Origin: Chrysemys picta bellii
Taxonomy: Eukaryota
Assembly (NCBI RefSeq): GCF_011386835.1
Contig: NC_088801.1
Span: 49,228,001 to 49,292,000, forward strand
Reading direction: 5' to 3'
Length of the DNA: 64,000 nucleotides
Shown: positions 63,358-64,000 of the stretch, in pieces
Layout: each line of letters opens with the position of its first letter
Numbering within the stretch: the stretch's first letter is position 1
Notes under the pieces: generated by a model
Seen by the model: only the letters and a program-made list of their open reading frames with translations
Databases searched by the model: none
What the model was told of the DNA's origin: nothing
Made by a program: the position numbers and the translations under genes

Positions 63358-64000
63358 TCAATGGCAAGAGGGAAGCATTACTTATTTCGTCACTCTGCTT
63401 TGCTATGAATTTTGCTTTGCTATGTGATATTCATAAGGCAGTACTCAAATTGTGACATCCAGATGACTCCACAAAGGAGACTGTAGTTTTATTAGCTGAC
63501 TTGATTTTTGGGATGGAGGCTGAAGGCCTCCAGCATCATGGAGAACATGGTGGGCATAGGGAAATTTTTTTTAAAGTTTTCCCCTCAGAGGATCCTCATG
63601 TTGCTAACACTGATGTAAATTCATCAATGCAGATAAATAAAGATTCCTTAAATCTTTGTGAAAAGTATCTGATGGTAAGTAATATCTTTGGGCAGAAGAT
63701 CCTTTGATTAGGCCACATTATCCTCTCAGTTACACCAGCAACTCCAGTGGAAATAGTGCATGCACTCTCCTCGGTGAAAGGAGATTCACCTCCTTAATAG
63801 CTCTTAGGATATTTAGACTTTTGCCCCAGTCCTCTCTACAAAACTTAATCCTATACTCCAGAACTAAACCAAGAGTCTAATAGGGTTTAATTTTCCTCTC
63901 ACAGTTTTGCACTGGTCTACTTCTACTAAGCTACACCAATGTGAATGCTATCAAAATCAGGCCCATGCACATGTTTCCTGCTGTAACCTTACAAAGCCAA

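Overview
Vertebrate genomic DNA, most likely a turtle (inferred from the repeat complement and the sauropsid-like CALCRL sequence), AT-rich and full of repeats. It holds two convergent (tail-to-tail) spliced genes. (1) Minus strand: the last six coding exons of CALCRL (calcitonin receptor-like receptor; TM3 to C-terminus, 63297->40845). All have GT-AG boundaries and continuous phase. The outer half of TM3 carries an unusual cluster of substitutions, including His at the class-B-conserved Asn3.43b. (2) Plus strand: a gene I cannot name, assembled by hand from six phase-1/phase-1 exons (15259-30955; 472 aa open from the HYR1 split codon to the stop). It encodes two tandem copies of a three-module unit: HYR domain, 6-Cys sushi/CCP-like module, and a 4-Cys 'Y.GDC...CX6C...V.CG' module. 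There are one or two candidate upstream exons. This architecture matches none of the mammalian HYR proteins I know (SRPX, SRPX2, SVEP1) and is the best candidate for an undescribed gene here. Repeats include six Penelope-like (GIY-YIG) insertions with 7-14 bp target-site duplications, five with minimal hammerhead-ribozyme motifs (one a perfect 186-bp palindrome); CR1, L2 and MIR remnants; a solo LTR; several hAT elements (one fold-back, one with a GGGGCC-rich array); and a Vingi/Ingi-like LINE with an apparent 5' inversion. No CRISPR array, rRNA or tRNA gene was seen. Family names come from recalled motifs, not database searches.
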